Shown here piece by piece: positions 19,179-27,986 of a stretch of 64,000 nucleotides of DNA. Both the position numbers and the translations under genes were made by a program. Every line of letters begins with the position of its first letter. The first letter of the stretch is position 1. The notes under the pieces were generated by a model. It saw only the letters and a program-made list of their open reading frames with translations. It was not told the origin of the DNA and searched no databases. The DNA comes from a bacterium (lineage in GTDB: Bacteria > Patescibacteriota > Minisyncoccia > UBA6257 > 02-FULL-45-10c), in the NCBI GenBank assembly GCA_021786945.1, contig JAJYMK010000001.1, positions 64,794 to 128,793 of the forward strand, given 5' to 3'.

Positions 19179-19288
19179 ATAAACAATATTTAATATATTA
19201 GCACAACATAGTCTGTTGTAGTAATTGGCTTTTTTCCGCTAAAGAATTAAAATGAAATAGTAAGTAAAAAATTAATAAAAAATTAAAA

Positions 19289-19687
19289 ATGAAGGGATTT
19301 AATGCGAATATAGAAAAAGAAACTTTAGAAAATAATAATTTTCGGAAAGTTCTTTACACAGCCAAACATTGCCAGCTCGTGCTTATGTCATTATTACCTA
19401 AAGAAGAAATAGGTATGGAAGTCCATACTGATAACGACCAGTTCTTCAGATTCGAAAAAGGCCAAGGAGAGGTAATTATCGATGGAAATAAATATGAAGT
19501 TGGTGATGGTTCTGCAATTATAGTTCCGTCCGGATCCCAGCATAATGTAATTAATACTTCAGATACCGAACCTCTTAAGCTTTATACGATATATTCCCCC
19601 GCTCATCACCAAGATGGAGTTGTGCGTCTGACAAAAGCCGAAGCCGAAGCTAATGGACCGGAATTTGACGGGAAAACAACAGAATAA
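19289..19687 (+). CDS. Cupin domain protein
   Basis: NFRKVLYT, EIGMEVH...DQFF, H.VIN and LYTIYSP motifs. Confidence 0.9.
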   Translation: MKGFNANIEKETLENNNFRKVLYTAKHCQLVLMSLLPKEEIGMEVHTDNDQFFRFEKGQGEVIIDGNKYEVGDGSAIIVPSGSQHNVINTSDTEPLKLYTIYSPAHHQDGVVRLTKAEAEANGPEFDGKTTE

Positions 19688-19690
19688 ATT

Positions 19691-19718
19691 AAAAACCGCC
19701 TCTCAAAAGGCGGTTTTT
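19691..19718. terminator. Bidirectional intrinsic terminator
   Basis: AAAAACCGCCT-ctcaaa-AGGCGGTTTTT. Confidence 0.75.
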
Positions 19719-19724
19719 AATTTA

Positions 19725-20156
19725 TTATCGTAATTGAATTGACTCGGCGCTTATGCTGCCATCACTATTCGCCACTCCTGTAACTACAGCCTGATTTCCT
19801 ACTAATATGTCAGCTATAGTACTTGAAGCCATTTTAGAAACAATTGTTTTTCCGGAATAAAGCACAATTTTCGATCCACCATCCCTTAATTTTAAAGTAA
19901 TGCTATTTTCATCTTTGGAAATAACTTCACCGGAAGCACCTCCGCTAAAACCATTTATTCTTCCAGTGGTCCTTGTATTTTCAGCCGAGGGACTACCAAA
20001 ACCCATCATGCCTGAATTCTGAGGATTAAATTGATTACTATAAGTATTTTTAGTTGTATTAGATTTTTTTGTCCCAATCAAAATTCCTCCATAAAAAGAT
20101 AAGCTCATCAGTAAAATTGCCGCCACTGATAAAATTATAATTGTTTTTTTATTCAT
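19725..20156 (-). CDS. Membrane-anchored DUF5666-like OB-fold protein
   Basis: N-terminal TM segment; GEVISKD..SIT..DGGSKIV and VTG..NSDGSISAESIQ motifs. Confidence 0.75.
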   Translation of the reverse strand: MNKKTIIILSVAAILLMSLSFYGGILIGTKKSNTTKNTYSNQFNPQNSGMMGFGSPSAENTRTTGRINGFSGGASGEVISKDENSITLKLRDGGSKIVLYSGKTIVSKMASSTIADILVGNQAVVTGVANSDGSISAESIQLR

Positions 20157-20176
20157 ATTTTTATATTTATTTTAAT

Positions 20177-21409
20177 TTACTCATATCTTAAGGCTTCAAT
20201 AGGATTTAGTCCCGCAGCCCTTCTTGCCGGATAATAACCAAATACTATTCCAATTAAAGCGGAAACGCCGAATGCCAACAAAATTGACGATGAAGAAACC
20301 TGGGTCGCTATCGAACTAAATTTTGTTATCAATAAAGATGCTAACCATCCAAACAACACTCCTAAAAATCCACCCACAAAAGTCAAAACTATAGCCTCGG
20401 TCAAGAATTGCGTACTTATATCTTTATTTTTTGCACCGATAGCCTTTCTTAAACCAATCTCTCTGGTTCTTTCGGTTACAGTTGTAAGCATCATATTCAT
20501 AATTCCGATACCGCCAACTATCAACGAAATTCCGGCAATAGAACCAAGTAAAATTTTTAATGTGTCTGTAATTGATGATGCGCTACTTACAATGTCTGAC
20601 TGATTCATGATACTGAAATCTGCCTTTGTAGGATCGGAAATATTATGACGCTGTAGTAATAAATCAGTAACCTGAGTTTGAACATCGGCCATAGAACCCT
20701 GATCAATAGCCTGAATACTTATAGTGCTCAAGCGCTCACTTCCCACTAATAATTTTTGAGCTGAAGAAAGCGGAACAAAAATCATATCATCCTGACTGCT
20801 GGGACCACTGCCTCCTTTTGCTTTAGTAACCCCAATTATGGTAAAAAGTATTTTATTTATTTTTATTGTCTGGCCAATAACACTGTCATTATCAATCCCT
20901 TCTCCGAAAAGATCGTCACGAACTGTTGGCCCAATAACGGCAACTCTGGATACGCTTTTTACATTCTGATCGGAAATAAAATCGCCGGTCTCAACCGTAA
21001 TATTTCTGACCTGAGAATAAGAAGGCGTAACACCGTCAACCGATGTATTAGTATTGGTTCCCTTAGCTGTAATCTGATAGCGGCTAGACAAGTCCGGCGC
21101 AACAGCCTGAACACCACCAACCCCCTGTTCAATAGCGGTAGCGTCTTCGTTTGTTAGTGTAGTGGCCGATCCTCGTCCGGAACTCACCTGAATACCAACA
21201 CCCCTTTGTGCGCCCGGCATAACAATAATTAGATTTGACCCTAAAGCCTGAATATTAGATTCAATAGAATTTTGAGCGCCTTGACCAATTGAGATCATAG
21301 CTATAACCGATCCGATACCAATAACAATGCCTAAAACCGTAAGACCGGACCTGACCTTATTGGATAGTAACGCAGAGTATGTTTCCTGCAATGTGTCTGT
21401 AAATTTCAT
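20177..21409 (-). CDS. MacB/FtsX-family ABC permease
   Basis: RS.LT.LGIVIG, GGIGIMNMM, ERTREIGLRKA.GA and PARRAA.LNPIEALRYE motifs. Confidence 0.93.
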   Translation of the reverse strand: MKFTDTLQETYSALLSNKVRSGLTVLGIVIGIGSVIAMISIGQGAQNSIESNIQALGSNLIIVMPGAQRGVGIQVSSGRGSATTLTNEDATAIEQGVGGVQAVAPDLSSRYQITAKGTNTNTSVDGVTPSYSQVRNITVETGDFISDQNVKSVSRVAVIGPTVRDDLFGEGIDNDSVIGQTIKINKILFTIIGVTKAKGGSGPSSQDDMIFVPLSSAQKLLVGSERLSTISIQAIDQGSMADVQTQVTDLLLQRHNISDPTKADFSIMNQSDIVSSASSITDTLKILLGSIAGISLIVGGIGIMNMMLTTVTERTREIGLRKAIGAKNKDISTQFLTEAIVLTFVGGFLGVLFGWLASLLITKFSSIATQVSSSSILLAFGVSALIGIVFGYYPARRAAGLNPIEALRYE

Positions 21410-21412
21410 ATA

Positions 21413-22126
21413 TTAGTAAATATGTGTATGATGAACAAATCTTTTATTATCATTTTTTTTATCTTCAATAATTACCCCATCGCGAATATGTATTATTCTA
21501 TTGGCATGTTCCGCCACGTATAGCTCATGGGTTATAAGAATAATGGTTTTTTTCTGTTCTTGATTCAAAGTCTGAAAAGTGTGCAAAACAATATCACCGG
21601 TTTTTGTATCTAAGTTTCCGGTTGGTTCATCTGCTAAAATTAAAGACGGGTTATTAACTAGCGCCCTGGCAATAGCCACGCGCTGCATCTGTCCACCGGA
21701 TAATTGATTGGATAGGTGATAAAAACGAGACTCATCAAGGCCTGCTTGAACCAGGGCTTTTTTGGCTCTTTCTTCCCTTTCCAAGGGTTCAATACCGGCA
21801 TAAACCAGAGGCAATGCAACATTTCTGAGTACCGTAGCTCTGGATAAAAGATTAAATGACTGAAAAACAAAACCTATTTTATTTTTACGAACATCGGCCA
21901 ATTGATCGTCCGACATAGTGGAAACATCTATACCGTCCAAGAAATATTTACCACTAGTTGGCGTATCCAATGCGCCCAAAATATGCATAAGAGTCGATTT
22001 TCCCGAACCAGACGGTCCCATGATTGCCACAAATTCACCGTCATCAATCTTAAAAGAAATATTTTTTAATACCGGCGTAACCTCCCCGTCGCTATATGTT
22101 TTAGAAATATTTTTACATTCAATCAT
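21413..22126 (-). CDS. MacB/LolD-family ABC ATP-binding protein
   Basis: [16 protein letters not shown] and ADEPTGNLD motifs. Confidence 0.93.
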   Translation of the reverse strand: MIECKNISKTYSDGEVTPVLKNISFKIDDGEFVAIMGPSGSGKSTLMHILGALDTPTSGKYFLDGIDVSTMSDDQLADVRKNKIGFVFQSFNLLSRATVLRNVALPLVYAGIEPLEREERAKKALVQAGLDESRFYHLSNQLSGGQMQRVAIARALVNNPSLILADEPTGNLDTKTGDIVLHTFQTLNQEQKKTIILITHELYVAEHANRIIHIRDGVIIEDKKNDNKRFVHHTHIY

Positions 22127-22138
22127 ATTAATTTTAAG

Positions 22139-23905
22139 TTAAAAACCCATTCCCGGAATTCTTATTGAACTTCGATTGCTGCCCTGAGAAGAACTTTGGG
22201 TAGAAGAAGTCGTGCTGCCACCACTTGTTCTGATAATAATCTTATCTCCCTCATTAAGACCTCCGGTAATTTCAATGCTCGTTCCATTGGTTGTTCCGGT
22301 CTCCACCTGTTGTTTAACTATTGGTTTCTGCAAAACAATGCCGCTATTGCTAATCTGTGCCGGAATCTCGGAAGAATCGGGAACATCTACATAGCTTATC
22401 CCCTGAGAAGTTTTTACAGCGGATGCAGGAATAACCAGAATATCCGATTTAATATCCGTAATTATTGAGGCTGAAACACTCATGCCTGGTTTAATTCTGC
22501 TATCCTGAGTATCAAACAATATTTTAACGCTATAATTTACCACCCCCTGAGACACGGTTCCAACAGTATCAACCTCGGAAACTTTTCCGGAAATAGTAAG
22601 CCCTTCAACAGCGTCAAAAGTAAGAGTAACTTTTTGGCCAAGTTTAACATTGGCAACGTCAACCTCATTAAGAGAAATTTCCGCCAACTGCTGATTCGTT
22701 ACAATTGTAGCTATAACAGTTCCATTAGAAACCGAATCAAGCTTTTGCACGCTAACCTTGGCAATAGTTCCGTCAAAAGGAGCTCGAACGGTGTATTTAG
22801 CTAAATCGGATTTAAGCGTAGCTAGATCTGACTCCTGCTTTGCTATACTATTTTTTGAAACCTGAAGCGAAATTGGATTATTACCGGTAGGATTATTAAT
22901 CAAAAGAAGATCTATGTTCCTTTGATCATTAATTATGGCCTGTTTTCCATTATCCAAAGAAGACTGTTGTGACAATAAAGAACTTAAATCATTATTTGTA
23001 GTACCAATATAGCTCTTCAAATTAGACTGGAAAATACTAATAGCTGAATTTAGTTTCTGTTTCTTGTTCTGAGCAATATCAACAATTGTATCCAATAAAT
23101 TATTCTCACTTTTAATCGCCTGGGCTACGGCCTTAGTTGTTGTCAAAGTCTCAGTCAATAGATTTTCTAAAACTGCCTTATCTGAATAACGAGTAATGTT
23201 TTTAAAATCGGCAAAATTTTTATCATAGCTATCTAGAGCGGTACGATAATCCTTATCAGCTATATCAGCTAAAGAATTAACTAGCTTGCCATCAACGTCG
23301 TCGTTTCCGAATAAATCCCTGTAAACATTTATATTCTCCTGATTATTGGAATAAATAGAAAGTTGATTTCCATATAAAACATCCTCTACTCCAGTCATAA
23401 CTGTTGGCAAATCCAAAAATGTATTAGAAATAGAATTAAAAACATCATCATAAGTTTTTTCTAAATCTTTCTGGTCGGATGCCAGAGTTTCCAATTGTTT
23501 CTGATAATCAATTGGTGCTTGAGCTGAATCTCTATCAAATTGAAGTTTTGCTTCAGATAATGAAGTTTCCGCATTGGAAATACTTTGTAATGCATCTGTG
23601 TTATCTATGGTTGCGATAGCCTGACCCGCCCTAACCTGTTGTCCCGCACTTACTCCAAGCCAAGTAATATCACCAGAAACTTCCGACTTTATATCAACCT
23701 GATTTAATGCGGCTACTTGACCCGTGCCGTCTACCGAAGAAATAATATTGCCTTTTTTAACCTCACCTAAAATATAAGTGGTTTGAGTAGGCGCAGAAGA
23801 AGACGAAAACCAATAATATCCACCGGTAAATAAAACCGCCAAGACAATAACGCTGATTACTTTATGAGACAAAATTAACAACTTAATTTTATTTAAAAAA
23901 TTCAT
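22139..23905 (-). CDS. Efflux periplasmic adaptor (MacA/HlyD family) with long helical insert
   Basis: N-terminal TM, lipoyl halves, APFDG, NEVDV and IKPGMS motifs. Confidence 0.88.
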   Translation of the reverse strand: MNFLNKIKLLILSHKVISVIVLAVLFTGGYYWFSSSSAPTQTTYILGEVKKGNIISSVDGTGQVAALNQVDIKSEVSGDITWLGVSAGQQVRAGQAIATIDNTDALQSISNAETSLSEAKLQFDRDSAQAPIDYQKQLETLASDQKDLEKTYDDVFNSISNTFLDLPTVMTGVEDVLYGNQLSIYSNNQENINVYRDLFGNDDVDGKLVNSLADIADKDYRTALDSYDKNFADFKNITRYSDKAVLENLLTETLTTTKAVAQAIKSENNLLDTIVDIAQNKKQKLNSAISIFQSNLKSYIGTTNNDLSSLLSQQSSLDNGKQAIINDQRNIDLLLINNPTGNNPISLQVSKNSIAKQESDLATLKSDLAKYTVRAPFDGTIAKVSVQKLDSVSNGTVIATIVTNQQLAEISLNEVDVANVKLGQKVTLTFDAVEGLTISGKVSEVDTVGTVSQGVVNYSVKILFDTQDSRIKPGMSVSASIITDIKSDILVIPASAVKTSQGISYVDVPDSSEIPAQISNSGIVLQKPIVKQQVETGTTNGTSIEITGGLNEGDKIIIRTSGGSTTSSTQSSSQGSNRSSIRIPGMGF

Positions 23906-23928
23906 ATTTGGATTTTAAAATTAAATAA

Positions 23929-24429
23929 TTAAAAGGGTTGGCTGGGGGGCATAATTCTGATAAAGCCCGCTTCTATTTCTCCGTTATTATTTGGGGACCC
24001 TAAAACAACCGCAAATTCATCTTGCTGCACATTGGAAATGTTTATATTATCCCTAAATCTTCGGATAACCGTCTTGTCGTTTACCAAAACAGACTTCTCC
24101 ACATTATCGACTCCTTCAATCATTATTCTTGGAGGAATAACTTTTAAAATCCTGCCGGAAACACCATGCGCATCCGTAAAACCCATTTCCATCATACCCA
24201 TCTTATTTGGTAAACCCATCGTTCTCGGATCGCCCTGAGGTTTACCGAAAGCGCGGTAATAATTATCTCCCCACTGGTAGGAAAAACTTGCTTTTTTAAA
24301 ACCAACAAGCATGCCTAATTGAAAAACGGCTAAAATCAAAATAGCTAAACCAATTATAATCAAAGCTATTTTTAATTTTCTTGACTTAAACAAATCTTTT
24401 TTTGACTCAATTAATTCTTTAAAATTCAT
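23929..24429 (-). CDS. Membrane-anchored DUF5666-like protein
   Basis: TM segment, W..NY, AHG..G and VVLGSPN..GEIEA.FIR motifs. Confidence 0.7.
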   Translation of the reverse strand: MNFKELIESKKDLFKSRKLKIALIIIGLAILILAVFQLGMLVGFKKASFSYQWGDNYYRAFGKPQGDPRTMGLPNKMGMMEMGFTDAHGVSGRILKVIPPRIMIEGVDNVEKSVLVNDKTVIRRFRDNINISNVQQDEFAVVLGSPNNNGEIEAGFIRIMPPSQPF

Positions 24430-24435
24430 AATTTT

Positions 24436-24837
24436 TTATATAAATTTATTTGTTAAAAATATGACCTTTTTATTTTTTATAATATTTTTAATGGATTCCA
24501 ATAATGCAAAGATAGCGGCTAAGAAAGCCGTAAACCACAATAATGGAACCGATTCTGCCAAAAGCATAATAAAATCTTTCCAATATGTTATAACTATTCC
24601 GCCATCGGAAAAAATCAAAGAAATGTAATTATAAAAACCCGATCGGTAAAAATCGTCTAGGGCAAATTTAAAAGAAACTGCGGCAATAGCCAAAGATAAT
24701 AAACCCGCGGCCTGAAATACAAAAAACTTTACTCTGGCAACTCTTTTTTTATGAAGCTCTATTTTAGCCAAAATCCTCCCGCTTAAATACTCCGGGGGAT
24801 TAATTTCTTTTAAATTTTTAAATTCATATTCCGCCAT
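24436..24837 (-). CDS. Putative anti-sigma membrane protein
   Basis: PP..L..RIL N-terminus with TM segments, directly downstream of the ECF sigma gene. Confidence 0.6.
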   Translation of the reverse strand: MAEYEFKNLKEINPPEYLSGRILAKIELHKKRVARVKFFVFQAAGLLSLAIAAVSFKFALDDFYRSGFYNYISLIFSDGGIVITYWKDFIMLLAESVPLLWFTAFLAAIFALLESIKNIIKNKKVIFLTNKFI

Positions 24838-24846
24838 ATATATAAA

Positions 24847-24873
24847 TACGTATATAAAAATTAATTGGATGCA
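24847..24873 (-). promoter_or_regulatory. Putative ECF-sigma promoter overlapping the sigma gene 3' end
   Basis: Minus strand TGCATC-N15-TACGTA. Confidence 0.6.
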
Positions 24874-25427
24874 TCGAGCATCTTCTTGAGATAATTTAAC
24901 GCCCGCTGATGCTGGCTTTTTACCGTATTGGCCGGCCTGCCAATCACCTCTCCTATTTCATCAAAAGTAAGCTGATTTTTATATCTCAAAACTATCACTT
25001 CTTTATAAATCGCCGGCAATTTAGAAATAAATCCCTCGATCATTCCGGAATTTTCGGCTTTTATAGCCAAGTCGTCGGGCCAAGGAGACTCATCTACAAC
25101 AGAATCAAACAGCTTATTCTCCCCCTCTTCATCCTCAAAAGCGGAAAAATTAATATTTTTCTTTTTTCTAAGCCAATCTATTGCAGTATTCCTGGCTATG
25201 CTAAACAACCAGGCCTTAAAACTTGTTCCGGGCCTATATTTTTTAAGATTTTTCCATAATTTAATAAATACTTCCTGAGTAATATCTTCTGCATCTTTGG
25301 AATTACCGCAAATTCTATAAACAAAATTAAATACGGGTTTAATATAAAAATTAAGGATCTCAACAAAGCCGGCATCGTCACCCTCCGAAATTCTTTCTAT
25401 GTTTTTTTGTATGTCGATCTGATCCAT
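24861..25427 (-). CDS. ECF RNA polymerase sigma factor
   Basis: DAEDITQEVF, FKAWLFSIARN..ID and a region 4 HTH (EIG..IG...NTVKS). Confidence 0.93.
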   Translation of the reverse strand: MDQIDIQKNIERISEGDDAGFVEILNFYIKPVFNFVYRICGNSKDAEDITQEVFIKLWKNLKKYRPGTSFKAWLFSIARNTAIDWLRKKKNINFSAFEDEEGENKLFDSVVDESPWPDDLAIKAENSGMIEGFISKLPAIYKEVIVLRYKNQLTFDEIGEVIGRPANTVKSQHQRALNYLKKMLDASN

Positions 25428-25486
25428 TTATAAAATAATTATAAGCTATTTACCAATTGGACAAAATTAGCTTATTATAAAAACAT

Positions 25487-25828
25487 ATGGAAAAATTTCC
25501 ACCCCAAGAAAATAATAAGGAAAAAGAAGATTTTTTAATTCACTATCCTCTACCAAAAGAATTTGAGGATAAATTGAGTACGGCAATGGAATTAAAAAAA
25601 ATAATAAGTTCACTTATTGAAAAAGATTCGCATGAAAATGATTTTAAAAATTTTAAAGAATTATCAGAATTTGCCAAAAAATTAAAAATAAAATATAGCG
25701 ACGCCGGCGAATATTACTTATATCACCTTATGATTGGAAGTAGTTTAAACAAAGAAAGAATGCCTACAAAATTTGACTTTCAAGGAGAGGATTCTATAGA
25801 ATTTTTTTTAAAATCAAAAAATATATAA
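25487..25828 (+). CDS. Hypothetical protein
   Basis: 113-aa ORF; YYLYH..IGS and FDF.G motifs. Confidence 0.6.
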   Translation: MEKFPPQENNKEKEDFLIHYPLPKEFEDKLSTAMELKKIISSLIEKDSHENDFKNFKELSEFAKKLKIKYSDAGEYYLYHLMIGSSLNKERMPTKFDFQGEDSIEFFLKSKNI

Positions 25829-25834
25829 AGACTC

Positions 25835-25882
25835 TTGAAAAATAACAAATAAAGACCTATAAACAATATAGGTCTTTATTAA
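25835..25882 (+). promoter_or_regulatory. Sigma70 promoter with a 12-bp inverted repeat and boxA-like leader
   Basis: TTGAAA-N17-TATAAA; ATAAAGACCTAT...ATAGGTCTTTAT. Confidence 0.55.
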
Positions 25883-25907
25883 TTTGAGCTGATAAAGGGA
25901 GATAATT

Positions 25908-26366
25908 ATGAAAAAGATATTGGTGTATTTGGCGGGAGGTATGAAAAGCAGCTGGCAGGATAAAGTAATGGAGGAACTCGACGATCTTGCCCGGGAACAA
26001 ATAGTGGAATTTTTCGACCCGCGGAATAATCCGCCGGAACCGGAAAAATACCGTGCCGCAGACAAAGAAGCGTGGGAGAAAGCCGATATAATCTTCGCCT
26101 ATGCGGAATCCTCTAATCCGGCGCTTTTCGCCATGTGCATAGAGCTTACCGGTGGATTCTATAAAGGAGCCTGGACTATATTCGTCGATGATCTGCAGCC
26201 GGAATCCATGCCGACCCCGGAAAAATCCGAAGAAGAAAGGAAACGTAAAAAGTACCTTAGTTTTGTGGAGACCGTTTCCCATAAAAAGGCCACCAGCCTT
26301 GCCGAGGGCATATCCATCCTTAGAGACGCAATCTACGAAAGAATACTTCATAACTATAAGCCCTAA
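25908..26366 (+). CDS. Nucleoside 2-deoxyribosyltransferase-like protein
   Basis: VYLAGG...WQ, FFDPR, D...W..ADIIFA and IE motifs; SD AGGGAG. Confidence 0.7.
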   Translation: MKKILVYLAGGMKSSWQDKVMEELDDLAREQIVEFFDPRNNPPEPEKYRAADKEAWEKADIIFAYAESSNPALFAMCIELTGGFYKGAWTIFVDDLQPESMPTPEKSEEERKRKKYLSFVETVSHKKATSLAEGISILRDAIYERILHNYKP

Positions 26367-26372
26367 ATAACA

Positions 26373-26398
26373 AAGCCCTGTAATTTACAGGGCTTTTT
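26373..26398 (+). terminator. Intrinsic terminator
   Basis: AAAGCCCTG-taattta-CAGGGCTTTTT. Confidence 0.75.
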
Positions 26399-26445
26399 AC
26401 TTTAAAATTTCTTTTACACAATTTATTATGATAAAATTATTTTAT

Positions 26446-26922
26446 ATGAACCAAGAACAAAATAAAGAATTTATCTGGCATGCGCCCGAATTTAAATATC
26501 ACCACAAAGAAGCTTCCTGGTATTGGATAAGCGGCCTTATTGCAGCCGCACTATTTATTGCTGCCCTTTATCAAGAAAATATATTATTGGCTATTTTTAT
26601 AATTTTAGCGGAAATAACAACGATAATTTTGGGTAAAAGACTGCCTAAAACGATTGAATTTAAGATAAATAAGGACGGAATTCAGTGCGGAAAACTAGCC
26701 TTTTACGAATACGAAGGATTGACCGGATTTCATATTAAAAAAGATAATGAGGAAATAGGAGAGCTCATATTAAAAACCGATTCCAGAATAACCCCGGTAG
26801 TAAAAATAAATATTTTTATGAAAGATCAGGAATACATCCGTGATGTTTTGAAAAACTTTCTAGATGAAGTAGAATACGAAGAATCCTTCCTTGATACAAT
26901 TTCGGATAAACTCGGCTTTTAA
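26446..26922 (+). CDS. Membrane protein with two TM segments and a PH-like C-terminus
   Basis: W.APEF..H.K..SWYW followed by two TM segments. Confidence 0.7.
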   Translation: MNQEQNKEFIWHAPEFKYHHKEASWYWISGLIAAALFIAALYQENILLAIFIILAEITTIILGKRLPKTIEFKINKDGIQCGKLAFYEYEGLTGFHIKKDNEEIGELILKTDSRITPVVKINIFMKDQEYIRDVLKNFLDEVEYEESFLDTISDKLGF

Positions 26923-26936
26923 CCAAAAGCAGAAAT

Positions 26937-27135
26937 GCCCTCATCGTTCAACGGATAGGACGCAAGATTGCAGATCTTGCAATTGAGGCACGCCCCCACA
27001 CCAATTTCAACAAAAAATTATAATATGCGCTCGTCGTTCAACGGATAGGACACGGGATTGCGGATCCCGTAATCGTGGTTCGATTCCACGCGAGCGCACC
27101 GCATTGGTGCGGGGGTGAAATTCCTCACGGGGGCA
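26937..27135 (+). pseudogene. Interrupted tRNA-like gene (anticodon GCA, tRNA-Arg-like body) with a large T-loop insertion
   Basis: GCCCTCA/CGGGGGC acceptor, D-arm identical to the inner tRNA, CAAGA-TTGCAGA-TCTTG anticodon arm, and a TGAGG/CCTCA T-stem split by an insert. Confidence 0.6.
27027..27098 (+). tRNA. tRNA-Arg(GCG)
   Basis: GCGCTCG/CGAGCGC acceptor, CGGGA-TTGCGGA-TCCCG anticodon arm and CGTGG-TTCGATT-CCACG T-arm. Confidence 0.92.
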
Positions 27136-27181
27136 CGCTCTTGAAAAAGGGTAAATAAACATATAAAATTCTATATTGAAA

Positions 27182-27253
27182 GCGGGTATCGTATAGCGGC
27201 TATTATGCGACCTTGCCAAGGTCGAGATACGGGTCCGACTCCCGTTACCCGCT
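27182..27253 (+). tRNA. tRNA-Gly(GCC)
   Basis: GCGGGTA/TACCCGC acceptor, CGACC-TTGCCAA-GGTCG anticodon arm, U73; T-loop reads TCCGACT. Confidence 0.9.
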
Positions 27254-27258
27254 CAGAC

Positions 27259-27292
27259 AAAAAAACATCGCAGTTTAAACGCGGTGTTTTTT
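27259..27292 (+). terminator. Intrinsic terminator after the tRNAs
   Basis: AAAAAACATCGC...GCGGTGTTTTTT. Confidence 0.7.
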
Positions 27293-27328
27293 GTTATATA
27301 ATTTAAGTAACAATTTATAATTAAAAAT

Positions 27329-27619
27329 ATGGACGAACAAATTCAAGCTATCCCATCAGCCAAAAATACGGCCTGGGAAAAAACAAAATTAATATCAAAT
27401 TGGGTCTTAGGGGTTCTTTTTTCCGTCGCGGCTTTTTTTGAGTTATTGGAATTCTCATACGGAACAATCACTCTTTTCTTATGCGCAGCCCTTACCCTAC
27501 CGCCTCTCTATGACCGATTAAAAAAGAAATTTAATTTTTCCTTGCCGCTTTGGCTTAAGATAATAATAATCTTAGGACTCGTATATCTTACTAATTATAT
27601 TTTTATCATCGAGCCTTAA
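27329..27619 (+). CDS. Small membrane protein
   Basis: Three hydrophobic segments; terminator at 27635-27663. Confidence 0.65.
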   Translation: MDEQIQAIPSAKNTAWEKTKLISNWVLGVLFSVAAFFELLEFSYGTITLFLCAALTLPPLYDRLKKKFNFSLPLWLKIIIILGLVYLTNYIFIIEP

Positions 27620-27730
27620 AAAAATAATTACTATAAAAACACCTCCGGAAAGGAGGTGTTTTTATTTCGAGCTTGTATTTATAATTTTCAAGCATTAATC
27701 TAATTAATAGCTTTTTAAAAAGGGGGTGTT

Positions 27731-27961
27731 ATGAGTAAAAAGGTTTTTTATGTCACTAAAAATGGCATAAAGACAAAAAGTTTAATTCCCGGAAAATATG
27801 CGGGATGGAAGAAGGGAAAAATATTCGGACGTCTGGATTGTGCGTCCGGTAAAAAAATGAAAAAAGAAAACCGCGTATTTTTTCTTACGTGGCAAGATGC
27901 CATAAATTCCGGATACAGACCGTGTAAAAAATGCAAACCCGCACCAAATGATAAATATTAA
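27731..27961 (+). CDS. Ada metal-binding domain protein (stand-alone)
   Basis: KIFGRLDC.SG..M..ENRVFF...A...GYRPCKKCKP. Confidence 0.85.
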   Translation: MSKKVFYVTKNGIKTKSLIPGKYAGWKKGKIFGRLDCASGKKMKKENRVFFLTWQDAINSGYRPCKKCKPAPNDKY

Positions 27962-27986
27962 AATCCCCCGATACCGGGGGATTTTT

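Noticed and set aside
25857-26351. 164-aa minus-strand ORF
   Set aside because: Antisense to the plus-strand gene, which has the promoter, SD, motifs and terminator.
27007-27219. 70-aa minus-strand ORF
   Set aside because: Antisense to the tRNA genes.
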